Shown here: piece after piece, positions 35,022 to 43,058 of the stretch
How the letters are laid out: the number at the start of each line of letters is the position of its first letter
Numbering within the stretch: position 1 is the first letter of the stretch
Source: Lachnospiraceae bacterium
Lineage (GTDB): Bacteria; Bacillota; Clostridia; Lachnospirales; Lachnospiraceae
Assembly: GCA_045617725.1 (NCBI GenBank)
Contig: JAZLJD010000054.1
Location: 645-64,644 of the forward strand
Reading direction: 5' to 3'
DNA length: 64,000 bases
The notes under the pieces: model-generated
Databases searched by the model: none
Seen by the model: the letters and a program-made list of their open reading frames with translations, nothing else
What the model was told of the DNA's origin: nothing
Position numbers and translations under genes: made by a program

Positions 35022-35821
35022 TCAGAACGATTGAAATCAGTACGATTGAAGATGTGTTGCCGCTCATTACGGAGCAGGAGTTTCGACCGGATTTGAACCG
35101 TAATCGAAGCCTGTACCTCTATCGCGGGATGACGGACGTGAACTTCCGCCTGGAAACCAGCTTAAGCCGTAATTGCAAGGGGGCCAAAAAGGAACTCGAG
35201 CCGTGCATTCTTATGAATTTTACGAAGTACGGTGCACTTGAGGATCCGACCATTGAAAAGAGCGTCTGGAGGCAGATGTTCATGGGACAGCACCACGGAC
35301 TGCCCACGAGACTTCTGGACTGGTCGCATTCCCCGCTCATTGCCCTGCACTTTGCGACCTCGGAGCATGACCTTGATCAGATGGATATGCATGACTGCAT
35401 GATCTGGCGTATCGATATGAAGGAACTGCATGCGATGCTTCCCAAGAAATATAAGGATGTGCTTGAGAAGAATCAGACTTCCGTTTTCTCGGTAAACATG
35501 CTGAATGAAGTAACCGGAAGCATAGACGAGTACGATTCGGATATGGAGGACAAGTCCATGGTTGTCATTGAGCCGCCTTCCATCGATCCGAGAATCGTTA
35601 ATCAGTATTCGTTTTTTTCCATTATTCCGGATGCAATTGATAATCTGGAGGATTTCTTCGATAAGAATACGAATAATACGGTCAAGTATGTAATAAAGAA
35701 GGAACTGAGATGGCGTATTCGCGATATGCTTGACCAGCAGAATGTGTCGGAACGTATGGTTTACGGCGGATTGGATGGTCTGTGCAAGTGGCTCGGCCGA
35801 CATTATTATGTAGTTGATTAA
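35018..35821 (+). CDS. FRG-domain protein
   Basis: LYLYRGM (the Y/F-RG motif) and HHGLPTRLLDWSHSPLIALHFA. ATG 35018 overlaps the Nudix TGA (ATGA). Confidence 0.8.
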   Translation: MIRTIEISTIEDVLPLITEQEFRPDLNRNRSLYLYRGMTDVNFRLETSLSRNCKGAKKELEPCILMNFTKYGALEDPTIEKSVWRQMFMGQHHGLPTRLLDWSHSPLIALHFATSEHDLDQMDMHDCMIWRIDMKELHAMLPKKYKDVLEKNQTSVFSVNMLNEVTGSIDEYDSDMEDKSMVVIEPPSIDPRIVNQYSFFSIIPDAIDNLEDFFDKNTNNTVKYVIKKELRWRIRDMLDQQNVSERMVYGGLDGLCKWLGRHYYVVD

Positions 35822-35905
35822 GTTATACTTGCCATGTAAAGTGGGTGTAAATTATAATATTTATGTTACAGGAATGTAATAATATTATATTTGGAGGGAT
35901 ATTTG

Positions 35906-36862
35906 ATGAAGAAGAGAATTTTGTCACTTGTACTTGCTCTATGCATGGTAGCGACCATGTTTGGAGGAATGAGCCTTACGGCTAAGGCTGAGCCGGGCAT
36001 GATTCCGGTTGGCTGGGAAGGCAACTGGGACCTGTTCTTATCAAAAACGTCGTCGCATATAGGAGGATCAGGCGAGAACTATGAATTTCCGGCCCCCGGA
36101 ACGATTCTTCACCCCGGCGATGAGATGAAGATGGCGGTGATGCTTTTTATGAAGCAGGAGTATACGATAAGTGGTTTAAGTACTGATGAGTATCGTTATT
36201 CTGTGCAGGAATTGATGACGCAGCCTGTTATGCAGGTGGTTATGGCAGCGGAGTCATCTGAAGGCAGAATTACACCGGAAGCAAAACAGATAATTGAGCA
36301 ATCGATGTTCGGAATGAGTATGAATACCAAAAACATGCGCGGAACGCCGGAGGATATAGCGGAAAGTAAAGCCCGTAGCCGGGAAAGTGCGCAGGAATTG
36401 GGTATAGTCTTCGATTTTGACACCATACTTTCTGCTGTAGAAGGCTATACTGCATGGAAAATTTTGTGTTACGCCAGTGAGGGCATTTGTATAGCCATTC
36501 CCTACAGTGAATCGAAAGATTGCGCTTTGGTACAGAGCGGTAACGGATTTAAGTGGTACGATCACAACGGAAATCTCGCATGGAATGTAGAGGAAACCGA
36601 AGCTACCATTACGGCTGATTTTACAAATCAGTGTGCGCTTCCCGCAAGTCTTGTGGAAGAGTTCAATGCAGCCGACAAGGATATAAAAGTAAGCTATGAG
36701 TATCGCGGATACACGGTAACTGCAGAAATCCCTGCAGGCAAGCTGGCTGTAACCGGAGAGAAATGGTATGGTGCCGCTTACTTTGCTTTTGTCAACAGAG
36801 AGTATGTAACCGTCAAGAATTGGTTTGGCCAGGAAGTCGATATTGAAGTTTTGTTTAAATAA
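35906..36862 (+). CDS. Secreted protein of unknown function, paralog 2
   Basis: ggaggg RBS. Signal peptide MKKRILSLVLALCMVATMFGGMSLTAKA. Shared C-terminal block DKDIKVSYEYRGYTVTAEIPAGK...WYGAAYFAFVNREYVTVKNWFGQEVDIEVLFK. Confidence 0.7.
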   Translation: MKKRILSLVLALCMVATMFGGMSLTAKAEPGMIPVGWEGNWDLFLSKTSSHIGGSGENYEFPAPGTILHPGDEMKMAVMLFMKQEYTISGLSTDEYRYSVQELMTQPVMQVVMAAESSEGRITPEAKQIIEQSMFGMSMNTKNMRGTPEDIAESKARSRESAQELGIVFDFDTILSAVEGYTAWKILCYASEGICIAIPYSESKDCALVQSGNGFKWYDHNGNLAWNVEETEATITADFTNQCALPASLVEEFNAADKDIKVSYEYRGYTVTAEIPAGKLAVTGEKWYGAAYFAFVNREYVTVKNWFGQEVDIEVLFK

Positions 36863-36912
36863 TACTTACGGCAATATTCCTTGTGGAATTCTTATCGACG
36901 GGATATAATTGT

Positions 36913-36946
36913 GGCGTCTGCAGGTGGTCTGCAGGCGTCATTTTTT
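36913..36946 (+). terminator. Rho-independent terminator after paralog 2
   Basis: ggcgtctgcag / ctgcaggcgtc stem (two G-U pairs) followed by tttttt. Confidence 0.65.
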
Positions 36947-36967
36947 CTATAAAGGAGAGAGTAAGAA

Positions 36968-37903
36968 ATGAAGAAAAAAGTATTGGCACTTGCACTTGCA
37001 ATGTGCATGATGGTTACCGCAATTGGCAACTACGGAGTTTCGGTTAAGGCTGAAGTATACGTGGTAGACCCTGTTGGACCTGTTGGAATTGAAGAGTGGA
37101 TTCTTTGGGAAGGCAACTGGGCTACGTGTGCAGATGAGTATGCCTTGTATTATGCAACCGACGGAGAACCTATTCCGGGACAGGTAGTAAATCCCGGAGA
37201 TGCGCTTCCATATGAAGCTGTATTTCTTACAAAGGATATTTCACTTGCAGGACTTGCAACCAATAAGTGCAATTATATGGTGCAGGAAGCATCAGAATTT
37301 ATGAGTGTTTTTAGCAAGATAAACGTGGCTATTTATGGTGGAATTATAAATGATGCAAAAGGCATTCTTGCAGGATATGCTGCACGGGATTCCTACTTTG
37401 ATGAGTATGATTACATTACGGAACTTCGAGATAGCGGTATTACTTTGACGGAAAAGACCGTAATTCCTGCACTTAACGGCTATACCGGTTGGAAATGTCT
37501 ATGCTGGACGGAACGGTTTGATATATATGTTCCCTATGGTGAAGTTTCACAGGGCTGCTTCTTAACAAAAGCAGAGAGTGGTGTCGGAATGCAGTGGTAT
37601 GATGAGAAGGGTAACCTTGTTATGGATATTCAGGAAAATGAGGACTCCATTAACGCTAATTTCACCAACCAGTGTGCACTGTCTGCAGATCTTATAAAGA
37701 ACTTTAATGAAGCTGATAAGGATATTTTAGTATCCTATATGCACAAGGGCCTTTTTGTAAGTGCAGATATCCCGGCGGGCGAGTTGGCACAAACGAATGA
37801 TGAGTGGCAGGGCGCTGAGCGTTTTGCAGATCTTAACAGAGGATTTATTACGGTTAAGAATGTATATGGCCAGGAAGTCGATATTGATGAATTATTCAAA
37901 TAA
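36968..37903 (+). CDS. Secreted protein of unknown function, paralog 3
   Basis: Signal peptide MKKKVLALALAMCMMVTAIGNYGVSVKA. Shared C-terminal block DKDILVSYMHKGLFVSADIPAGE...WQGAERFADLNRGFITVKNVYGQEVDIDELFK. Confidence 0.7.
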   Translation: MKKKVLALALAMCMMVTAIGNYGVSVKAEVYVVDPVGPVGIEEWILWEGNWATCADEYALYYATDGEPIPGQVVNPGDALPYEAVFLTKDISLAGLATNKCNYMVQEASEFMSVFSKINVAIYGGIINDAKGILAGYAARDSYFDEYDYITELRDSGITLTEKTVIPALNGYTGWKCLCWTERFDIYVPYGEVSQGCFLTKAESGVGMQWYDEKGNLVMDIQENEDSINANFTNQCALSADLIKNFNEADKDILVSYMHKGLFVSADIPAGELAQTNDEWQGAERFADLNRGFITVKNVYGQEVDIDELFK

Positions 37904-37918
37904 AAGCAAGGTGTAACT

Positions 37919-38179
37919 TCAATGGGGACGGGGGCTTCTATCACATTAAAGCACTAAAGTAAGGGGGCTCCGGCGCGGGATTCAGAACAGGTTCCGGCGC
38001 GTTTTCCGTCGTTTGAAAACAGAATATTTGAAGAAAAAGCGTCTGATAACGAGCCGGGCATTGGTCCGGGATACGAAATCAGACGCTTTTTTAGCACGCG
38101 CCGGAGACTATCGCGGGGCACGCGCCGGGGCCCCCTTACTTTAGTGCTTTAATGTGATAGAAGCCCCCGTCCCCATTGA
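37919..38179. repeat. 261-bp non-coding palindromic element (59-bp inverted arms, 143-bp spacer with an internal terminator-like hairpin)
   Basis: Left arm 37919-37977 and right arm 38121-38179 are reverse complements with 1 mismatch in 59. Inner repeats ttccggcgcg/cgcgccggag. Central hairpin aaaaagcgtctgat...atcagacgctttttt. Confidence 0.9.
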
Positions 38180-38221
38180 TAAAAGTGGGGAAATCGGATA
38201 AAATCACTTTGGGCAGATAAC

Positions 38222-38429
38222 ATGGATGTTCCGTATAACGGAGTTGATAAGGAAATGACGCATGCGGAATATGTAAATTCATGGCTTAATTATTTGTTAC
38301 ATTATACGGATATACCGGAGATTGGAAAGGTGTATTTTGCGGCGGTGAACCGTGAAGTATGTAACGGTGAAGGATTGGTTCAATCAGGAAGTCAGCATAG
38401 AAGTGCTTTTAATTAAGCGGAGGACAAAA
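38222..38429 (+). pseudogene. Decayed 3' remnant of a fourth member of the secreted-protein family
   Basis: ...VYFAAVNRE, then a +1 frameshift, then YVTVKDWFNQEVSIEVLL aligns to the C-termini of paralogs 1-3. The N-terminal roughly 250 codons are missing, the stop is lost, and the frame runs into the ABC ATPase start. Confidence 0.55.
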
Positions 38430-39530
38430 ATGAAAGTAGTACTTAAAAATTTAACGAAGAGATTCCCGAATCGGAATCCGAAGGTGCACGAGGATGTAAT
38501 CGCAGTCAACGATTTTACATTCGAAATTCCGGATGGGCAGCTGATTGGTCTGCTTGGACCGTCCGGCTGCGGAAAGAGCACCACACTGAACATGATATCA
38601 GGACTTGAGAAGCCCACAAGCGGGCAGATCTTTTTTGGCGACAATGACGTAACAAAGCTGCCACCCGAGCACAGAGGCGTGGGACTTGTTTTCCAGAACT
38701 ACGCACTTTACCCGCATCTGACCGTACGGCAGAATATCATCTTTCCCCTTGAGAACCGCAAGGGCAAGGACAAGCTGTCCAAGGATGAGATGAACCGCCT
38801 GGCGTATGAGACGGCACGCCTTGTGCAGATTGAGGAATATATGGACCGCAAGCCGAGTGAGCTATCAGGTGGTCAGCAACAGCGTGTTGCCATTGCCAGA
38901 GCCCTTGTTAAGACGCCGGATGTGCTGCTCCTGGATGAGCCGTTGTCGAACCTCGATGCAAGACTGAGACTCCAGACCCGTGAGGAAATCCGCCGTATCC
39001 AGAGGGAAACCGGAATTACGACCATCTTTGTAACGCACGATCAGGAAGAGGCCATGAGTATTTCGGACCTGATTATCGTCATGAAGGAGGGCTGCCTGCA
39101 GCAGATCGGTAAGCCGCAGGAGGTTTACAACAATCCCGTGAACCTGTTCGTTGCGCAGTTTTTGGGAACCCCGGCCATCAATGTGTTTGAGGGAAGCGTG
39201 AAAGAGGGAGCCCTTTATTTGGGCGATGAGGCGGTACTTTCGGTACCGGGTGCCAAAGAGGGCCCTGTTACCGTGGGAATCCGTCCGGAAGGCTTTGTTC
39301 CTTCCGAAAGCGGTGCACTTACCTGCGAGCTTTCCCGAGTGGAGATTATGGGACGCGATACCAGCGTGATTTCAAACCATCCCAAATGCAAGACCGGCGT
39401 GATTCGGTCCATTGTAAGTTCGGACTTTGCCATCACTACGGCCGAAAAATACGTGAAATTTGACTTAAAACCGCACAAGGTGCTCCTGTTTGATACAAAA
39501 ACCGGCGAGCGGATTCTTTTTGGCAACTAA
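38430..39530 (+). CDS. ABC transporter ATP-binding protein, MalK/UgpC/MsmK type
   Basis: Walker A GPSGCGKST, signature LSGGQQQRV, Walker B LLLDEP, plus a C-terminal regulatory-type domain. gcggagg RBS. Confidence 0.9.
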   Translation: MKVVLKNLTKRFPNRNPKVHEDVIAVNDFTFEIPDGQLIGLLGPSGCGKSTTLNMISGLEKPTSGQIFFGDNDVTKLPPEHRGVGLVFQNYALYPHLTVRQNIIFPLENRKGKDKLSKDEMNRLAYETARLVQIEEYMDRKPSELSGGQQQRVAIARALVKTPDVLLLDEPLSNLDARLRLQTREEIRRIQRETGITTIFVTHDQEEAMSISDLIIVMKEGCLQQIGKPQEVYNNPVNLFVAQFLGTPAINVFEGSVKEGALYLGDEAVLSVPGAKEGPVTVGIRPEGFVPSESGALTCELSRVEIMGRDTSVISNHPKCKTGVIRSIVSSDFAITTAEKYVKFDLKPHKVLLFDTKTGERILFGN

Positions 39531-39544
39531 GGTGGAGGCTCTTT

Positions 39545-40435
39545 ATGAACAACAATAAATTAAAGGGCTGGCTTTACCTGCTCCCTGCGATTCTGTTTCT
39601 GGGATTTTTCATGGTGTATCCGCTTGTGGATGTCCTTGTTTATTCCTTTGAGGAAGGGTACAATTTCGCCTCGCAGAGCTATACGGGAACCGGCTTTTTC
39701 AACTATTCCTACGTGCTTCACGATCCCTACTTCCTGCAGGCCGTGAAGAATACTTTCATCATTGTTATTATTACGGTGCCCCTGTCGACGGGGCTGGCAC
39801 TGCTTATTTCGCTGGCGCTTAACTCGATTAAGCCCTTAAAGGAGCTGTTCCAGACCATTTATTTCCTGCCGTATGTAACCAATACCCTGGCGGTCGGCCT
39901 TGTATTCATGGTGCTCTTTAAGAAGACGGCATATTCCGACGGCCTCATAAATCTTGTGATTAACTTTTTCGGCTCACCCTCCATCGATTTCATCGAGGGA
40001 CCCTACTGGGCCAAAATGTTCGTGATGTGCACCTACACCATCTGGATTGTACTTCCGTTTAAGATTCTGATTCTGACGAGTGCACTTGCAAGCGTTAAGC
40101 AGGATTATTATAATGCGGCACGCGTGGATGGCACCGGCAAGTGGCGCATCTTCCGAAAGATTACGTTGCCCATGATTTCGCCCATGATTTTTTACCTGGT
40201 CATTACGGGCTTTATCGGCGCGTTCAAGGCGTACTCGGACGAGGTCGCCATCTTCGGAACGAACCTGAACACGGCGGGTATGAATACCATCGTCGGCTAT
40301 GTGTATGACATGCTGTACGGCAGCAGCGGCGGCTATCCGTCCTATGCTTCGGCGGCAGCCATCATACTTTTTGTCATCGTATTCACAATCACCTGCATTA
40401 ACCTGCTAATCAGCAGGAAAAATGTACAGTACTAG
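39545..40435 (+). CDS. ABC sugar-type permease (MalF/UgpA-like)
   Basis: Six TM helices and EAA loop AARVDGTGKWRIFRKITLP. Confidence 0.85.
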   Translation: MNNNKLKGWLYLLPAILFLGFFMVYPLVDVLVYSFEEGYNFASQSYTGTGFFNYSYVLHDPYFLQAVKNTFIIVIITVPLSTGLALLISLALNSIKPLKELFQTIYFLPYVTNTLAVGLVFMVLFKKTAYSDGLINLVINFFGSPSIDFIEGPYWAKMFVMCTYTIWIVLPFKILILTSALASVKQDYYNAARVDGTGKWRIFRKITLPMISPMIFYLVITGFIGAFKAYSDEVAIFGTNLNTAGMNTIVGYVYDMLYGSSGGYPSYASAAAIILFVIVFTITCINLLISRKNVQY

Positions 40436-40446
40436 GAGGTGGTTAA

Positions 40447-41319
40447 GTGAAACAGACAGATTATGAATTAATTGAAAAAAAGGACGCCGTTCGCAGACGT
40501 ATCCTCAAGGTTGTGACCTATGTGTTCCTTGCGGTCTGTGCACTGTTTGTCCTGTTCCCGTTCTACTGGATGCTCCTTACAAGTATCAAGGGCTACAGTG
40601 CGTACAATGCGGAGTATGTTCCGAAGTTTTACACGCTTCAGCCGACCTTTGAGAACTACGTATCCGCTTTCACGGCGGTTTCCCTCGGAAAATATTTCCT
40701 GAATACCTTCATTTTTACGATGGTGACCACGGCGATTATGCTGGTCGTAACCGTACTGGCGGCATTTGCTTTTGCCCGCCTTGAGTTCCGCGGAAAGAAC
40801 CTGTGCTTCACGATTTTCCTGTCGCTCATGATGATTCCGACCGAGCTCGTTGTCATTACGAACTTTGTTACCATCACAAACTGGGGCATGCGAAACACGT
40901 TCATGGGCCTGATTCTTCCCAGCGTGACGAGTGTCTTCTATATTTATCTCCTCAAGGAGAATTTCGAGCAGGTTCCCGACGAGCTTTACAAGGCGGCCAA
41001 GGTGGATGGCACGAGCGACCTCAAGTATCTTCTGAAGGTCCTGGTTCCCATATGCAAGCCGACCATCGTAACCATCCTGATTCTGAAGGTGATTGAGTGC
41101 TGGAATTCCTACGTATGGCCTCGCCTCATTACGGATGACGAGAACTATTTCCTCGTAAGCAACGGAATTCAGACCATTCGCGAGAGCGGTTTCGGCCGTG
41201 AGAACATCCCGGCGATGATGGCAGCAGTTGTGGTCATCTCGATTCCTCTGATTATACTGTTCCTTTTGTTCCATAAGAAGATTATGGAAGGCGTTTCGAG
41301 AGGAGGTACCAAGGGATGA
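40447..41319 (+). CDS. ABC sugar-type permease (MalG/UgpE-like)
   Basis: GTG start after ggagg. EAA loop AAKVDGTSDLKYLLKVLVP. Confidence 0.85.
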   Translation: MKQTDYELIEKKDAVRRRILKVVTYVFLAVCALFVLFPFYWMLLTSIKGYSAYNAEYVPKFYTLQPTFENYVSAFTAVSLGKYFLNTFIFTMVTTAIMLVVTVLAAFAFARLEFRGKNLCFTIFLSLMMIPTELVVITNFVTITNWGMRNTFMGLILPSVTSVFYIYLLKENFEQVPDELYKAAKVDGTSDLKYLLKVLVPICKPTIVTILILKVIECWNSYVWPRLITDDENYFLVSNGIQTIRESGFGRENIPAMMAAVVVISIPLIILFLLFHKKIMEGVSRGGTKG

Positions 41320-42926
41320 TGAAGCAATTTAAGAAGGCTCTGGTCCTTGTTTTTGGCGTCCTGTGTGTGCTGGCTCTGACGGCCTGCCATGGCAATAAAA
41401 CCAAGGTCGCATTCGAGGTGCCCGAAAGCTTTGATACGGAGACTCCGATTGAGATTACCTTCTGGGCCAAAAACGATACGAACCTCGCTCAGGTGGCTGT
41501 CTATAACCGGGCGGTTGAGGAATTTCAGAAGCTCTATCCGAACGTGACGGTGACGCTTAGACTTTATACGGACTACACAAGACTTTACAATGATGTTATT
41601 ACGAATATTTCGACGAATACGACGCCCAATGTGTGCATTACCTATCCCGACCATGTGGCTACGTATTTAACCGGTGCAGAAACGGTCGTGGCGCTCGACG
41701 AACTGCTTATGGACGAGCGATTCGGCCTGGGCGGAACGGAAGTGCCCTTTGAGGCACCTGCGTTTTCCGAAATGGTGCCCAAGTTCTTAGAGGAAGGAAA
41801 GCTGGGCGGGCATTATTATGCGATGCCCTTCATGCGTTCGACGGAGGCCTGCTACGTGAACAAGACCTACGTGGAGAAGCTTGGATATACGCTCCCTGAG
41901 GTTCTGACATGGGACTTCATCTGGGAGGTTTCCGATGCGGCGATGGCCAAAGACGATGACGGCGTATTCACGGTAAACGGCCAGCAGGTCATGATTCCGT
42001 TCATCTATAAGTCCACCGACAATATGATGATTCAATATCTTGAGCAGTGCGGTGCGGATTATTCCACCGGATACGGCGACATTCTTATGTTTAACGATAC
42101 GACGACGGATTTCCTTAAGGAGATAGCGGAGCATGTTAAGAAAGGTTCCTTCTCCACCTTTAAGATTTCCTCGTATCCCGCGAATTTCCTAAATGCCGGC
42201 CAGTGTATTTTTGCCATTGATTCGACCGCAGGTGCAACCTGGATGGGACCGAAGGCTCCGCTTGCCGATATCTGCATGGATGATTTTGTGGACTACGAAA
42301 TTGCTGTTTTGCCCATTCCGCAGGTGGATACACAGAACCTTAAGATGATCAGCCAGGGACCGTCGGTATGTCTGTTCAACAAGGAGAATCCGCAGGAAGT
42401 GCTTGCTTCCTGGCTCTTTGTGCAGTACCTTTTGACGAACGACATTCAGATGGGCTATGCGATGACGGAGGGCTACACCCCGGTTACACAAAAGGCCTGG
42501 GATTCCGAGGCGTACAGAGATTATCTTTCGCGCAGCGGAGAGGATAATGATACCTACTATTCCGTCAAGATTGATGCAACGAAGCTGCTGCTTAATCACA
42601 TCGACGAGACCTTCGTAACGCCGGTGTTCAACGGGTCGGCGTCGCTTCGAAATGCGGCCGGACAGGTGATTGAATCGACTACGCTGTCCATCCGCCGGAA
42701 GCAGACCGTGGATGATGCTTACTTTACGAATTTGTACGATGAAATGACGGCGCTTTACCACCTTGATCAGGGTGCGGGCGTGAGCGGAGACCGGGATTTG
42801 GGACCGCTTCCGAAGACGGCAGTTGCGCTGATTTGTGCAGTGGCAGCCCTGTGGATCCTGATGGGCGCGTATGTTCTTTGGCAGTATTTGAGGCAAAAAC
42901 GTAAGGGCAAATCCCACAAAAATTAG
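41316..42926 (+). CDS. Extracellular solute-binding lipoprotein with a C-terminal LPKTA + hydrophobic + basic tail
   Basis: Lipobox LALTAC. Family-1 SBP-like body. C-terminus LGPLPKTAVALICAVAALWILMGAYVLWQYLRQKRKGKSHKN. Confidence 0.8.
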   Translation: MMKQFKKALVLVFGVLCVLALTACHGNKTKVAFEVPESFDTETPIEITFWAKNDTNLAQVAVYNRAVEEFQKLYPNVTVTLRLYTDYTRLYNDVITNISTNTTPNVCITYPDHVATYLTGAETVVALDELLMDERFGLGGTEVPFEAPAFSEMVPKFLEEGKLGGHYYAMPFMRSTEACYVNKTYVEKLGYTLPEVLTWDFIWEVSDAAMAKDDDGVFTVNGQQVMIPFIYKSTDNMMIQYLEQCGADYSTGYGDILMFNDTTTDFLKEIAEHVKKGSFSTFKISSYPANFLNAGQCIFAIDSTAGATWMGPKAPLADICMDDFVDYEIAVLPIPQVDTQNLKMISQGPSVCLFNKENPQEVLASWLFVQYLLTNDIQMGYAMTEGYTPVTQKAWDSEAYRDYLSRSGEDNDTYYSVKIDATKLLLNHIDETFVTPVFNGSASLRNAAGQVIESTTLSIRRKQTVDDAYFTNLYDEMTALYHLDQGAGVSGDRDLGPLPKTAVALICAVAALWILMGAYVLWQYLRQKRKGKSHKN

Positions 42927-42986
42927 CTGATTTTCATCGGAAATATAGGATAATCGAATATTGATTTATTCTTCTTATCAAGTATA

Positions 42987-43036
42987 ATAAACGTGATTTG
43001 GGGTGATAACGCCCTAAAGCACGTTTATTTTTTTCT
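42987..43036 (+). terminator. Candidate terminator after the ABC operon
   Basis: ataaacgtg / cacgtttat stem with a long loop, followed by a T-run. Confidence 0.45.
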
Positions 43037-43058
43037 TTTTCATTAGGAGGAAATTAAA

